From contig CAJZJP010000001.1 of the NCBI GenBank assembly GCA_916050095.1, forward strand, positions 1-40,808: 40,808 nucleotides of DNA, given 5' to 3'. Position 1 is the stretch's first letter. Each line of letters starts with the position of its first letter. This document shows, one piece after another, positions 27,393 to 36,587 of this stretch. A program made the translations under genes and the position numbers. The notes beneath the pieces are model-generated. The model was not told the origin of the DNA. It did not search any database and worked only from the letters and a program-made list of their open reading frames with translations. Source of the DNA: an uncultured Atopobium sp. Its GTDB lineage: Bacteria > Actinomycetota > Coriobacteriia > Coriobacteriales > Atopobiaceae.

Positions 27393-28415
27393 GTGTTTTT
27401 AATGGCAGATTTACAAGGAACCTTGTGCGATGAGCATTTTGTGCGTCGCCTGCTAAGTGAACTTGAAGCCGGTCGCAGCTTTGTACTTTCAACAATTTTT
27501 GCTACTAAGGGGTCCATGCCGCGTCATGCAGGGGCACGTATGGTGCATTTTGAAGATGGCAGTTTCTTAGGAACAATCGGAGGCGGTTCTGTAGAACTTA
27601 TTGCACAGGAACGCTCAAAAAGATTCTTTACAGGAGAAGAAAACAATCAAATCGAGTGGATGACGCGAGAAAAAACAGGTATGGCCTGTGGCGGTGATGC
27701 ACTTGTTGGTATTCGTAAGGTTACTCCTGGCCAAAAGGATTTCTTTGCAAATGATTTAATGAATCTTATTGATGCAAAAAAGCCTTTTGTGGTTATAGAA
27801 AATTGGTCAGACCCTAGTCATGTTCTTGTTGAAGCAAAAGCAGTTGATATGTTTCCTCAAGATGATGTTCGTGTTTGTTCCGATGTTCCCATATGGGATG
27901 AAGAGGCGGCAACCTATTCTGAACCTTTAGGGCCTGAGCCCGTTGCCTACATCTTTGGCGGCGGCCATGTAGGCCGTGCTCTGACTCCTGTACTCGCAAG
28001 TGTAGGTTTTAGAGTGATTGTGCTTGATGACCGCGAGGGAGTTGCGCAGAAGAAAGATTTTCCTTCAGCAGAAGCGGTTTATCATAATGACTTTTCTGAT
28101 ATATCCACAGATGTCACTGTTACGCGTCGTGATTATGCGATAGTTACTACTCATGGTCATGCCTTTGATATTAAGGTGTTGCAACAACTGTATAACTACA
28201 AACCTGCGTATGTAGGTTGTATTGGTAGCAAGAGAAAAGCGGCGTTTGCCAAGCATACGCTGGTGGAACGCGGTATTTCTAAAGAGTGGACTCAAACAAT
28301 CCATTCGCCAATTGGTGATGACATTAAAGCAATTACACCGTCTGAAATTGCTATTTCTATTGCGGCGGAGATAATCCGTTGCCGTGCAAATTTCCGTCCG
28401 GAAAAACTTCACTAG
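27393..28415 (+). CDS. xdhC: XdhC/CoxI-family Moco-binding chaperone
   Basis: GSMPRHAGARM, GTIGGGSVE, GMACGG, IFGGGHVG, VLDDR, YVGCIGSKRK, TPSEIAISIAAE; start may be ATG 27402. Confidence 0.88.
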   Translation: MFLMADLQGTLCDEHFVRRLLSELEAGRSFVLSTIFATKGSMPRHAGARMVHFEDGSFLGTIGGGSVELIAQERSKRFFTGEENNQIEWMTREKTGMACGGDALVGIRKVTPGQKDFFANDLMNLIDAKKPFVVIENWSDPSHVLVEAKAVDMFPQDDVRVCSDVPIWDEEAATYSEPLGPEPVAYIFGGGHVGRALTPVLASVGFRVIVLDDREGVAQKKDFPSAEAVYHNDFSDISTDVTVTRRDYAIVTTHGHAFDIKVLQQLYNYKPAYVGCIGSKRKAAFAKHTLVERGISKEWTQTIHSPIGDDIKAITPSEIAISIAAEIIRCRANFRPEKLH

Positions 28416-28518
28416 GGGTATATCGGCATACATTGTTGCTCACGTATACGTATGCCGTTAGTTGAGCGTGTATATATGCGCTGCAGTATAAGGTTAGGTT
28501 CGTTTGAAAGGGAAGTTT

Positions 28519-29394
28519 ATGAAGTCCGAAAGCAGTGTGACTCGTCGTTCGTTTGTTGCAGGTGTAACAGGGGCTGCCGTGTTTGGCCTTTCTGCTTGCA
28601 ATGGTAATGAAACAAAAAAGGAAGATACGTCTGGAAGCCAGAAAAAAGCTGATGCTCAAAAACTTATTGTGTTTGCGGCAGCATCTTTGACCGAGAGTTT
28701 GACTGAAGCAGGAGAGCTTTTCAAAAACGCTAATCAGGGCGTTGATATTAGTTTTAATTTTGATTCTTCAGGTACGCTTAAGACACAGATTGAAGAAGGA
28801 TCCGATTGTGACGTTTTTATTTCTGCTGGTCAGAAACAGATGAATCAGCTTGATACAAATGCTAAAAAAGATCACGATAAGGACCTTGACTTTATTGCAT
28901 CTGATACGCGTTTTGACATCCTTGAGAACAAGGTAACGCTTTGTGTTCCACAGGATAATCCTAAGGTTGTTAAGAGCTTTGATGATATGGCAACAAAACT
29001 TACTTCGGGTGAAGTTTTGCTTGGTATGGGAAATTCAGATGTTCCGGTAGGCCAGTATACACAGAAGATTTTGAAATACTACAAGCTTGATGAAGAGAAG
29101 CTTGCTAAGGAAGGTCATATCTCATACGGAACTAATGTTAAAGAAGTAACAACTCAGGTTAAAGAGGCTTCCGTTGATTGCGGTGTTATTTATAAGACCG
29201 ATGCTACTTCTGCAAAACTTCAGATGGTTGATGAAGCAACCGAGGAAATGTGTGGTCGTGTAGTATATCCTGCCGCTGCAACAAAGAATGCAAAGCAGGC
29301 AGACCTTGCAAAGAAATTCCTTGAGTTCTTAAAAACTTCCGATGCGAGCGCTTGCTTTGAAAAGGTTGGCTTTACGCCGCTTTCAAAGGCATAA
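28519..29394 (+). CDS. modA: Molybdate ABC transporter substrate-binding lipoprotein with twin-arginine signal
   Basis: TRRSFV + LSAC lipobox; VFAAASL, SSGTLKTQIEEG, DVPVGQY, VYP. Confidence 0.94.
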   Translation: MKSESSVTRRSFVAGVTGAAVFGLSACNGNETKKEDTSGSQKKADAQKLIVFAAASLTESLTEAGELFKNANQGVDISFNFDSSGTLKTQIEEGSDCDVFISAGQKQMNQLDTNAKKDHDKDLDFIASDTRFDILENKVTLCVPQDNPKVVKSFDDMATKLTSGEVLLGMGNSDVPVGQYTQKILKYYKLDEEKLAKEGHISYGTNVKEVTTQVKEASVDCGVIYKTDATSAKLQMVDEATEEMCGRVVYPAAATKNAKQADLAKKFLEFLKTSDASACFEKVGFTPLSKA

Positions 29395-29426
29395 TTTCTT
29401 GCTACTAAATCTGGATTGGTATTTCT

Positions 29427-30116
29427 ATGGACTGGTATCCGCTGTATAACTCGTTGAGGATTGCTGCGGCATCAACTGCTCTTGTTTTTTTATTGGGTAT
29501 TGCCTTAGCAAACCTCGTTGCCAAGACTCCACGAGTTATTAAAGGTCTTTTGGATGTCATACTGACGTTACCATTGGTGTTGCCACCGACGGTCGTGGGC
29601 TATCTGCTGTTATTGCTTTTGGGCCCACGTCGTCCCATTGGCCTTTGGGTCATGGATGTGTTTGGTATAAAACTTACGATGGTATGGTATGCGGCAATCT
29701 TTGCAACGGCAGTGGTGAGTTTGCCGTTGATGTACCGCACAGCCCGGGGTGCATTTGAGAGCTTTGATGAAACGCTTGCAGATGCAGCTCGCACACTAGG
29801 CAAATCAAATACATGGGTATTTTGGCATGTTAAGATGCCTTGCTGTATGAAGGGCGTGGTAGCAGGAACTGTTTTGGCGTTTGCTCGAGCGCTGGGTGAG
29901 TACGGAGCAACTTCAATGATATGTGGATATACTCCAAACACCACAGCAACTGTATCAACAACAGTCTATCAACTGTGGAGAACTGGCGACGATGCAGCGG
30001 CCATGCAGTGGGTGCTCATTAACCTTGCCATTTCTGCCGTGGTACTTCTCGCTCTTAATATCTTTGAAAAAGGTAGCCGCCGAGCACGTGTGGCAACACC
30101 AGTTCAGGAGGCGTAG
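29427..30116 (+). CDS. modB: Molybdate ABC transporter permease
   Basis: LPLVLPPTVVG, AARTLG, FARALGEYGAT. Confidence 0.95.
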   Translation: MDWYPLYNSLRIAAASTALVFLLGIALANLVAKTPRVIKGLLDVILTLPLVLPPTVVGYLLLLLLGPRRPIGLWVMDVFGIKLTMVWYAAIFATAVVSLPLMYRTARGAFESFDETLADAARTLGKSNTWVFWHVKMPCCMKGVVAGTVLAFARALGEYGATSMICGYTPNTTATVSTTVYQLWRTGDDAAAMQWVLINLAISAVVLLALNIFEKGSRRARVATPVQEA

Positions 30117-30118
30117 TT

Positions 30119-31222
30119 ATGGCGCTTTCTGTTGATATTACCAAGCATTTAGATGGTTTTGATTTACATGTTTCGTTTGTTGTCGAGAAGAGCAATGAAG
30201 TTTTAGCGCTTCTCGGACCTTCTGGTTGCGGCAAATCAATGACGCTCAAGTGTATTGCTGGCATTGTAAAGCCGGATAGCGGGCGCATTGTGCTCAATGA
30301 TCGAGTTCTGTTTGATTCTGAAGCTCATATTAATTTGCCACCGCAAGAGCGACACGTAGGGTATCTGTTTCAAAATTATGCGCTCTTTCCGCATATGAGT
30401 GTTATGCAAAACGTACTGGTAGGAGCTAAAGAAGAAACACGAGCAGAGCGTGAGGCGTGTGCGATTGAACAGCTTAAGAAGGTACAACTTGATGGTCTTC
30501 TTGATCGTCGCCCTCATGAGCTTTCTGGTGGCCAGCAACAGCGCTGCGCCATGGCTCGTATTCTTGCAAGCAAGCCTGATCTTATTTTGCTTGATGAGCC
30601 TTTCTCGGCACTTGATAGTTATCTCCGATGGCAACTTGAACTGGAGTTAAGTGATACTCTCCGTGCGTTTCCGGGAGGAGCAATTTACGTTTCTCATAAT
30701 CGCGATGAGGTGTATCGTTTGTGTGATTCCGTGTGTGTTATCAATCACGGAAACTCTGATGATAAAGTTTCAGTGCAGGAGCTTTTCTCGACACCGACTA
30801 CGCTTGCTGCGGCACGAATTTCAGGATGTAAGAATATTTCTCGTGCACATAAGGTGGGCGAGAAGAGCTTGTTTTGTGATGAATGGGGCTTAAGTCTTAC
30901 AACCGCTTTGCCAGTAGATGAACAGGTGAAATACGTAGGAATTCGTGCACATTATTTTCAGGTAGTGGACTGTGCAAGTGAATACAAAAATATTATTCCT
31001 TGTCAGGTGAATCGCGTGATTGATAATACGTTTTCAACTATTGTGATGGCTCAAACACCGGGAGGGTCACTGCTTCGTTATGAATGCTCCAAAGAGTCGT
31101 GGGCACGTTTAGGTGAGCCTCGCCAGGTTTTGCTTTGCGTTGCTCCAGAATATGTCATGCCACTTTGTGATGGTAAAGAAAAGTGCAGCGTAGTGGGAGA
31201 AAAGAAGTCACTGTATGTATGA
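30119..31222 (+). CDS. modC: Molybdate ABC transporter ATPase
   Basis: [35 protein letters not shown]; follows modAB. Confidence 0.9.
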   Translation: MALSVDITKHLDGFDLHVSFVVEKSNEVLALLGPSGCGKSMTLKCIAGIVKPDSGRIVLNDRVLFDSEAHINLPPQERHVGYLFQNYALFPHMSVMQNVLVGAKEETRAEREACAIEQLKKVQLDGLLDRRPHELSGGQQQRCAMARILASKPDLILLDEPFSALDSYLRWQLELELSDTLRAFPGGAIYVSHNRDEVYRLCDSVCVINHGNSDDKVSVQELFSTPTTLAAARISGCKNISRAHKVGEKSLFCDEWGLSLTTALPVDEQVKYVGIRAHYFQVVDCASEYKNIIPCQVNRVIDNTFSTIVMAQTPGGSLLRYECSKESWARLGEPRQVLLCVAPEYVMPLCDGKEKCSVVGEKKSLYV

Positions 31223-32162
31223 TGAGTTGGGTCGAAACATTCGTTATTTGAGACTTTCAGTAACCGACCGCTGTAATTGTCGTTGTTTGTATTGCATGCC
31301 GGCACACGGTGTCTCTATGCTTCGACATGAAGATATACTTTCGTTTGAAGAGATGCGCGCTATTGTTGAAGCATTTGCGCAGTTGGGAGTAAGAAAGGTT
31401 CGTCTTACAGGTGGAGAGCCATTAGCACGTCGCGGTATTGTAGATCTCGTACGTATGGTTTCTGCTGTTGAGGGTATTGAAGAGGTAGTTATGACTACCA
31501 ACGCTACGTTACTTGCACCTCTTGCAAAAGATCTTAAAGAAGCAGGGCTTTCTCGTCTCAATATTTCTCTTGATACATTTGATTCTGAACTGTATACAAA
31601 GCTCAGTCGTACGGGGACACTTGATGATGCGCTGGCCGGTATTGAGGCAGCAAGAGAAGCAGGGTTTATCCATACAAAGTTCAATACCGTACTTTTAGGA
31701 GGACTGAATGAATCTGAGATTCGTCCTCTTGCAGAGCGAGCAAAAAGTGAACCGGTTGATGTGCGTTTTATTGAGCTGATGCGTATGGGTGAATGCTCAA
31801 AATGGCCGGCTGAACGTTTTATAAGTGCTGATTGCGTATTAAAAGTATTGCCTGAACTTGAAGCTGTTGGCTCTAATGGCGTAACAGAGCTCTTTCAGGC
31901 ACCGGGATGGCGGGGACGTGTAGGGCTTATCCGCCCAATGACGCATACATTTTGTTGCTCTTGCGACAGAATCCGTGTAACTGCAGATGGTATGTTAAAA
32001 CCGTGTCTGCATTCTGCACGAGAAATTCCGCTTAGGGGACTTGTGGGAGATGAACTTGTGCAAGTTTTGCGTCAAGGTATTTCTCAAAAGCCTGAAGGTC
32101 ATATCATGAGTCTTTCTCATGCAAGCGAGTCGCTTCGAGCGATGAATAAAATAGGGGGTTAG
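31215..32162 (+). CDS. moaA: GTP 3',8-cyclase (radical SAM)
   Basis: YLRLSVTDRCNCRCLYCMP, RLTGGEP, FCCSCDRIR...KPCL, C-terminal IGG. Confidence 0.97.
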   Translation: MYDELGRNIRYLRLSVTDRCNCRCLYCMPAHGVSMLRHEDILSFEEMRAIVEAFAQLGVRKVRLTGGEPLARRGIVDLVRMVSAVEGIEEVVMTTNATLLAPLAKDLKEAGLSRLNISLDTFDSELYTKLSRTGTLDDALAGIEAAREAGFIHTKFNTVLLGGLNESEIRPLAERAKSEPVDVRFIELMRMGECSKWPAERFISADCVLKVLPELEAVGSNGVTELFQAPGWRGRVGLIRPMTHTFCCSCDRIRVTADGMLKPCLHSAREIPLRGLVGDELVQVLRQGISQKPEGHIMSLSHASESLRAMNKIGG

Positions 32163-32163
32163 C

Positions 32164-32643
32164 ATGGCGTTTACACATTTTAATTCGCAAGGTCATGCGC
32201 ATATGGTTGATGTGTCTGCAAAGGATAAAACAGCGCGTACCGCCCGCGCAAAAGGTAAGATTTTTATGCGCCGCGATACGCTTGAGCTCGTTCACACAGG
32301 TGGTATACAAAAAGGTGATGTCCTTTCTGTGGCGCAAGTTGCAGGCATTATGGCGGCAAAGCGAACTTGGGAAATCATTCCCATGTGTCATCCTATCCAG
32401 CTTACCGGAGTAGATATTTCATTTGCATTTGAGGACGACGGTATTGCGGTAGAGGCATGTTGTCGATGCACCGGAGAAACTGGGGTAGAGATGGAAGCGC
32501 TGACAGCAGCATCTACGGCGTGTTTGACTATCTATGACATGTGTAAAGCACATCAGAGGGATATGGTTATTGACCAGATTTGCTTGCTTGAGAAAGATGG
32601 AGGAGCATCAGGTCATTTTGTGCGAGAGGAACAGAATAAATGA
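32164..32643 (+). CDS. moaC: Cyclic pyranopterin monophosphate synthase
   Basis: MVDVSAK, AGIMAAKRT, IPMCH, TGVEMEAL, IYDMCKA. Confidence 0.97.
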   Translation: MAFTHFNSQGHAHMVDVSAKDKTARTARAKGKIFMRRDTLELVHTGGIQKGDVLSVAQVAGIMAAKRTWEIIPMCHPIQLTGVDISFAFEDDGIAVEACCRCTGETGVEMEALTAASTACLTIYDMCKAHQRDMVIDQICLLEKDGGASGHFVREEQNK

Positions 32644-33128
32644 GTGTTGGAGTGACTGAATCTGCTAAAAGAGGCACGGTACTGTCTTGTTGTATTAGCG
32701 TGAAAAAAGGCACACGAAAAGTACCTGTTGATTCTATTGAAGTATGCGTAGGAGAAGGCATCAAAGGTGATGCCCATGCTGGAAATTGGCATCGTCAGGT
32801 GAGCCTTCTTGGTAATGAGTCCGTTGACATTATGCGCAAGAAGGGCGCACAGTTACATCCAGGAGATTTTGCAGAAAATATACTAACTTCTGGTCTTGCG
32901 CTGCGCGAGCTTCCTGTTGGTACGGTACTTGCAATAGGAGATACTCTTCTTGGGGTAACTCAGATTGGAAAAGTATGTCATCACGATTGTGAAATTCGCA
33001 AACTGGTTGGTACCTGCGTAATGCCTACTGATGGTATTTTTACCGTGGTTTTACGTGGAGGTACTATCAAACCTGGAGATAGTATTCGTGTGGTGGATGC
33101 AAAGGAGCTCTTGCATGAAACAAATTAG
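32640..33128 (+). CDS. MOSC domain protein
   Basis: GDAHAGNWHRQVSLL, GDFAENI, TQIGKVCHHDC, CVMPTDGIF. Confidence 0.9.
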   Translation: MSVGVTESAKRGTVLSCCISVKKGTRKVPVDSIEVCVGEGIKGDAHAGNWHRQVSLLGNESVDIMRKKGAQLHPGDFAENILTSGLALRELPVGTVLAIGDTLLGVTQIGKVCHHDCEIRKLVGTCVMPTDGIFTVVLRGGTIKPGDSIRVVDAKELLHETN

Positions 33129-34149
33129 AACAGAAGATGCAGTAGGACATGTACTGTGTCACGATATGACTCAGATCATTCCTGGCGAGAGCGCTGACGA
33201 TAGAACTCGTTTTAAGGGCGTGCGCTTTAAGAAGGGTCACGTAGTAGAAAAGGCTGATATCCCTGTATTGCTCAGCATGGGCAAAGAGCATCTTTATGTG
33301 TGGGAGTTGGGAGACAACCAACTTCACGAAAACGATGCGGCATATCGCATGGCAGCACTTTGCCATGGCGAGAATTGCCTTGTATCCAAAGAGCCCCATG
33401 AGGGAAAGCTCACTATCACTGCGGCAGTTGACGGTGTCTTCGAGCTTGATGTCCAGCGTCTTAATGCAGTGAATGCAGTAGATGAGGTTATGATTGCTAC
33501 TCGTCGCGGCAATATTGCAGTTAAGAAGGGAACCCCTCTTGCGGGAACTCGTGTTATTCCTTTGGTAGTGGATACGTCTGTTGTTGAAGCCGCTGAAGCT
33601 GCTGCAGATGTTGAGCATAAGGGAGCCCTTATGCGAGTAGCACCGTTTTGCGTTAAGACTGCGGCACTTATCGCAACAGGGTCTGAAGTGCAGAAAGGAC
33701 TTATTGAAGATAAGTTTACACCGGTAGTTGAGAAAAAACTTGCAGCTTTTGGCATTGAAACAGTGCATTGTGCAAAGCCTGGCGATGATATGAATGCGCT
33801 TGTTGCTGCTATTCACGAAGCACAACATTTGGGCGTAGACATGATTGTCTGTACAGGTGGAATGAGCGTAGACCCAGATGATAATACCCCAGGTGCTATC
33901 AAGCGCTCCGGTGCTCATATTGTTACCTATGGTGCTCCGGTTCTACCTGGTGCAATGATGTGTTTAGGATATTTGGATGCAGCCAATAGTTCTACTTCTC
34001 AAATTCCTATCTTAGGACTCCCGGGATGTGTCATGTATAGCGCAACAACAGTATTCGATTTAGTTCTTCCTCGTATTGCGGCTGGTATTGAACTGACAAA
34101 GGATGATTTTGTAGCCCTTGGTGAAGGTGGCCTCATAGTAAAGGAATAA
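33115..34149 (+). CDS. MoeA-like molybdopterin-binding protein (short Firmicutes-type)
   Basis: EDAVGHVLCHDMTQI, FKKGH, GTRVIPL, TGSEV, TGGMSVDPDDNTP, YGAPVLPG, GLPGCVM; ATG 33115 after AAAGGAG. Confidence 0.85.
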   Translation: MKQIRTEDAVGHVLCHDMTQIIPGESADDRTRFKGVRFKKGHVVEKADIPVLLSMGKEHLYVWELGDNQLHENDAAYRMAALCHGENCLVSKEPHEGKLTITAAVDGVFELDVQRLNAVNAVDEVMIATRRGNIAVKKGTPLAGTRVIPLVVDTSVVEAAEAAADVEHKGALMRVAPFCVKTAALIATGSEVQKGLIEDKFTPVVEKKLAAFGIETVHCAKPGDDMNALVAAIHEAQHLGVDMIVCTGGMSVDPDDNTPGAIKRSGAHIVTYGAPVLPGAMMCLGYLDAANSSTSQIPILGLPGCVMYSATTVFDLVLPRIAAGIELTKDDFVALGEGGLIVKE

Positions 34150-34151
34150 AT

Positions 34152-34661
34152 ATGCCAGAGAGTTCTTGCGATGTCACATCCTTCTCAGCGCGCGTTATTA
34201 CTGTAAGTGATCGTTCTTCGCGTGGGGAACGACCAGATGCAAGCGGTCCTGCACTTGTTGCTTTTTTAGGCGAGAAGGGCTTTGCAGTTGATGCATATGC
34301 AGAGGTTGTACCTGATGAGCGTCAGCAAATTGCCCGTGCGCTACATAAGGCAATTTCAGATGACATTGCGCTTGTGGTGACCACGGGTGGGACGGGTTTC
34401 TCGCCACGAGATATTACTCCTGAGGTTACATCCGAAGTATGCGAGCGTATGGTGCCGGGTATTCCTGAGGCTATGCGTGCGGCATCACTACTTATTACAC
34501 CTAAGGCATGTCTTTCAAGAGAAGTAGCAGGTATTGCCCAGCGTACTTTAATTATAAATTTGCCAGGAAGTCCTAAAGCTGCAATAGAAAATCTTGCAGC
34601 TGTTTTGGACGTCTTGCCTCATGGGCTTGGAATTTTAAGAGGCACTATACTTGACGGTTAA
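34152..34661 (+). CDS. mog: Molybdopterin adenylyltransferase (MogA/MoaB family)
   Basis: ITVSDR, DASGP, TTGGTGFSPRDITPE, INLPGSPKA. Confidence 0.92.
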   Translation: MPESSCDVTSFSARVITVSDRSSRGERPDASGPALVAFLGEKGFAVDAYAEVVPDERQQIARALHKAISDDIALVVTTGGTGFSPRDITPEVTSEVCERMVPGIPEAMRAASLLITPKACLSREVAGIAQRTLIINLPGSPKAAIENLAAVLDVLPHGLGILRGTILDG

Positions 34662-34697
34662 CAAACTCCCCAACAAATAAGTTTGTTGGGGAGTTTG
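34662..34697. terminator. Perfect 16-bp hairpin between convergent operons (likely bidirectional terminator)
   Basis: CAAACTCCCCAACAAA-TAAG-TTTGTTGGGGAGTTTG. Confidence 0.85.
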
Positions 34698-34729
34698 CAT
34701 AAGTACTCTTATGTAAAGTTTTCAATAAG

Positions 34730-35941
34730 TTAGGCGCTTGCTCCAGAGATTGCATCAACGCTTGAGTTTGATCCATCTACATTACCACTTGGTGCTCCTG
34801 TAGGAGGCATGGGCATTCCAGTACCGCCGACAAGGCGCTGACCTGTGGTTTGCAGATACCAATCAAGCCATGGCTTGAAGTTGAAGACAATCTCGTTGAT
34901 GCCTGCATACGAACCATCGGGATAGTACATTGCCTGGTAGTTGTGGGTGTTGATGATGTCGGCTGGTGTACCTGGGACAATGGTGCGTACGTATTCTTTG
35001 TCGCCGTTGCGAAGCACGCCGATGACAAACTCAACGTTTTTCATACGACCCTCGGGAAGAGAGCTGTGAACTGTGGAAAGACGGTCACCCGACTGCTCAG
35101 GAACGCGTTTTGCCAGCATAGTGTCTGGGTTGTCATGAGCGTTGTTGTAGTAAAGGAACTGGTTGTTGTCGTCCGCGTAAGTTAGCTCAAATGGCATTGC
35201 CTTCAGGAACATGTCAATCTGGTTGACCGTCAAAATGCCGTGGTCAAGCTTAACGTATGTGTCGCCCGAAACCGCGCCCACAAGCTCGGCGGCCTTCTCG
35301 ACCCAATCAGGATCGTCGGGATCAATGCCCTGGATAGTGGTGGAAATTGAGTTGGTTACGTCCAGATCCTCTGGCGCGATTGGCTTTGGCTTCTTCAACT
35401 TGGAGACCACCTCTACGTATTTAACAAAGTTATTCAAGCAAAAGCCCAGGAAGCTAACAGTGCGCTCGTCGATAATGTTGCCATCTTCATCAAAAGCCTG
35501 TTTAGCCTTTCCAAGAAGAAACTCGTTACCAGGCAAGACGTATGCGTTTACGCCTGGAGCATCTAAAATCTTGCGTAAATGAACTTGTGCGCGAGAAGTT
35601 CCTTGGTCGTAGTAAGAAGCTCCGACGATCATGACAGGCTTGTCCTCAAATGGATGTACATCGTAAGAAAGCCATTCGATAACGCTTTTCAGCGCAGGTG
35701 AGATGGTATGGTTGTGTTCCGGTGTAGAAATAATGACGCCGTCAGCGCGGGTAATCTTGTTGTACAGCAGGCGGAGCTGGAAATTTTCATCCCACTTAAG
35801 GTCCTGGTTGAACAGAGGGATGTTGTCGATCTCAAGGATCTCAAGCTCAAACTGCTTGGCAAAGTGCTTTTTGATGAAGTGCAGAAGCTTTCGGTTATAG
35901 GAAATCTCCGCATTTGAACCGACGATTCCGACAAATTTCAT
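34730..35941 (-). CDS. NAD(P)H-dependent FMN reductase fused to a PAS-like domain and a C-terminal flavinylation-motif tail
   Basis: GIVGSN, STPEHNHTI, LKSVIEWLS, GTSRAQ; PAS-type segment LTVNQIDMFLKAMPFELTYADDNNQFLYYN; ends VDAISGASA. Confidence 0.88.
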   Translation of the reverse strand: MKFVGIVGSNAEISYNRKLLHFIKKHFAKQFELEILEIDNIPLFNQDLKWDENFQLRLLYNKITRADGVIISTPEHNHTISPALKSVIEWLSYDVHPFEDKPVMIVGASYYDQGTSRAQVHLRKILDAPGVNAYVLPGNEFLLGKAKQAFDEDGNIIDERTVSFLGFCLNNFVKYVEVVSKLKKPKPIAPEDLDVTNSISTTIQGIDPDDPDWVEKAAELVGAVSGDTYVKLDHGILTVNQIDMFLKAMPFELTYADDNNQFLYYNNAHDNPDTMLAKRVPEQSGDRLSTVHSSLPEGRMKNVEFVIGVLRNGDKEYVRTIVPGTPADIINTHNYQAMYYPDGSYAGINEIVFNFKPWLDWYLQTTGQRLVGGTGMPMPPTGAPSGNVDGSNSSVDAISGASA

Positions 35942-35961
35942 AGTGGTAGTTCCTTCCAGGC

Positions 35962-36570
35962 CTACAGGTTTTCCCAGTCAAAGTTCTCGGCCTCTTTGCG
36001 GAGAAGTTCGCGCGATGCGGCCATTTTTTCGTTGAGTTTCACAAACAGACGGAAATCGTCAAAGAGCAGGTCAAGCTTCTTGACGGTAGCCTTGTCCTTT
36101 AAGCTGCCCTTCTCGTCAAATGCCTGTTGGGCGCGACCAAGAAGGAACTCGGAGCCTGGCATGATTGCTGCTTTGAGCTCGGGAGCATCCAGAATTTGGC
36201 GGAGCTGAAGCTGCGCGCGAGAAGATCCGAGTGTGCCCAGGGACGCGCCGACAATCATGACTGGCTTGTTGACCATAGGGAAGATGCCGTAGGACAGCCA
36301 AGCAAGCGCATTTTGCAGCACGGCTGGAATGGAGTGGTCGTACTCTGGAGTTGCGATGATGACGCCGTCGGCGGCCTCAATTTTCTTTGCAAGCTCTGAG
36401 ACAACCTCGGGAACCTTCATCTTTTGAGGCTTGTTGAACAGGGGAATGTTGTCGATTTCCACCAGTTCAATGGTGGCCTTGTCGGCAAAATGCTTCTGCA
36501 TAAACTGCAGGAGTCTTCGGTTATTTGACTCTTTTGAATTGGTGCCAATAAGGCCAACAAAGTTAAGCAT
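35962..36570 (-). CDS. NAD(P)H-dependent FMN reductase (flavodoxin-like)
   Basis: GLIGTNS, ATPEYDHSIPAVL, GTLGSSRAQLQLRQIL; ATG 36570 after AAAGGAAG. Confidence 0.9.
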   Translation of the reverse strand: MLNFVGLIGTNSKESNNRRLLQFMQKHFADKATIELVEIDNIPLFNKPQKMKVPEVVSELAKKIEAADGVIIATPEYDHSIPAVLQNALAWLSYGIFPMVNKPVMIVGASLGTLGSSRAQLQLRQILDAPELKAAIMPGSEFLLGRAQQAFDEKGSLKDKATVKKLDLLFDDFRLFVKLNEKMAASRELLRKEAENFDWENL

Positions 36571-36587
36571 CAAACTTCCTTTCTGAA

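Noticed and set aside
28416..28518. Moco riboswitch or ModE box upstream of modA
   Set aside because: An inverted repeat exists (CGGCATAC 28424 / GTATGCCG 28450) but I cannot match the Moco RNA core or a full ModE palindrome; no modE in the window
33067..33918. 283-aa minus-strand ORF (likewise 216-947, 9565-10305, 11853-12467, 17614-18213, and plus-strand 36672-37259)
   Set aside because: Fully or almost fully overlap well-supported genes on the opposite strand and lack protein-like motifs
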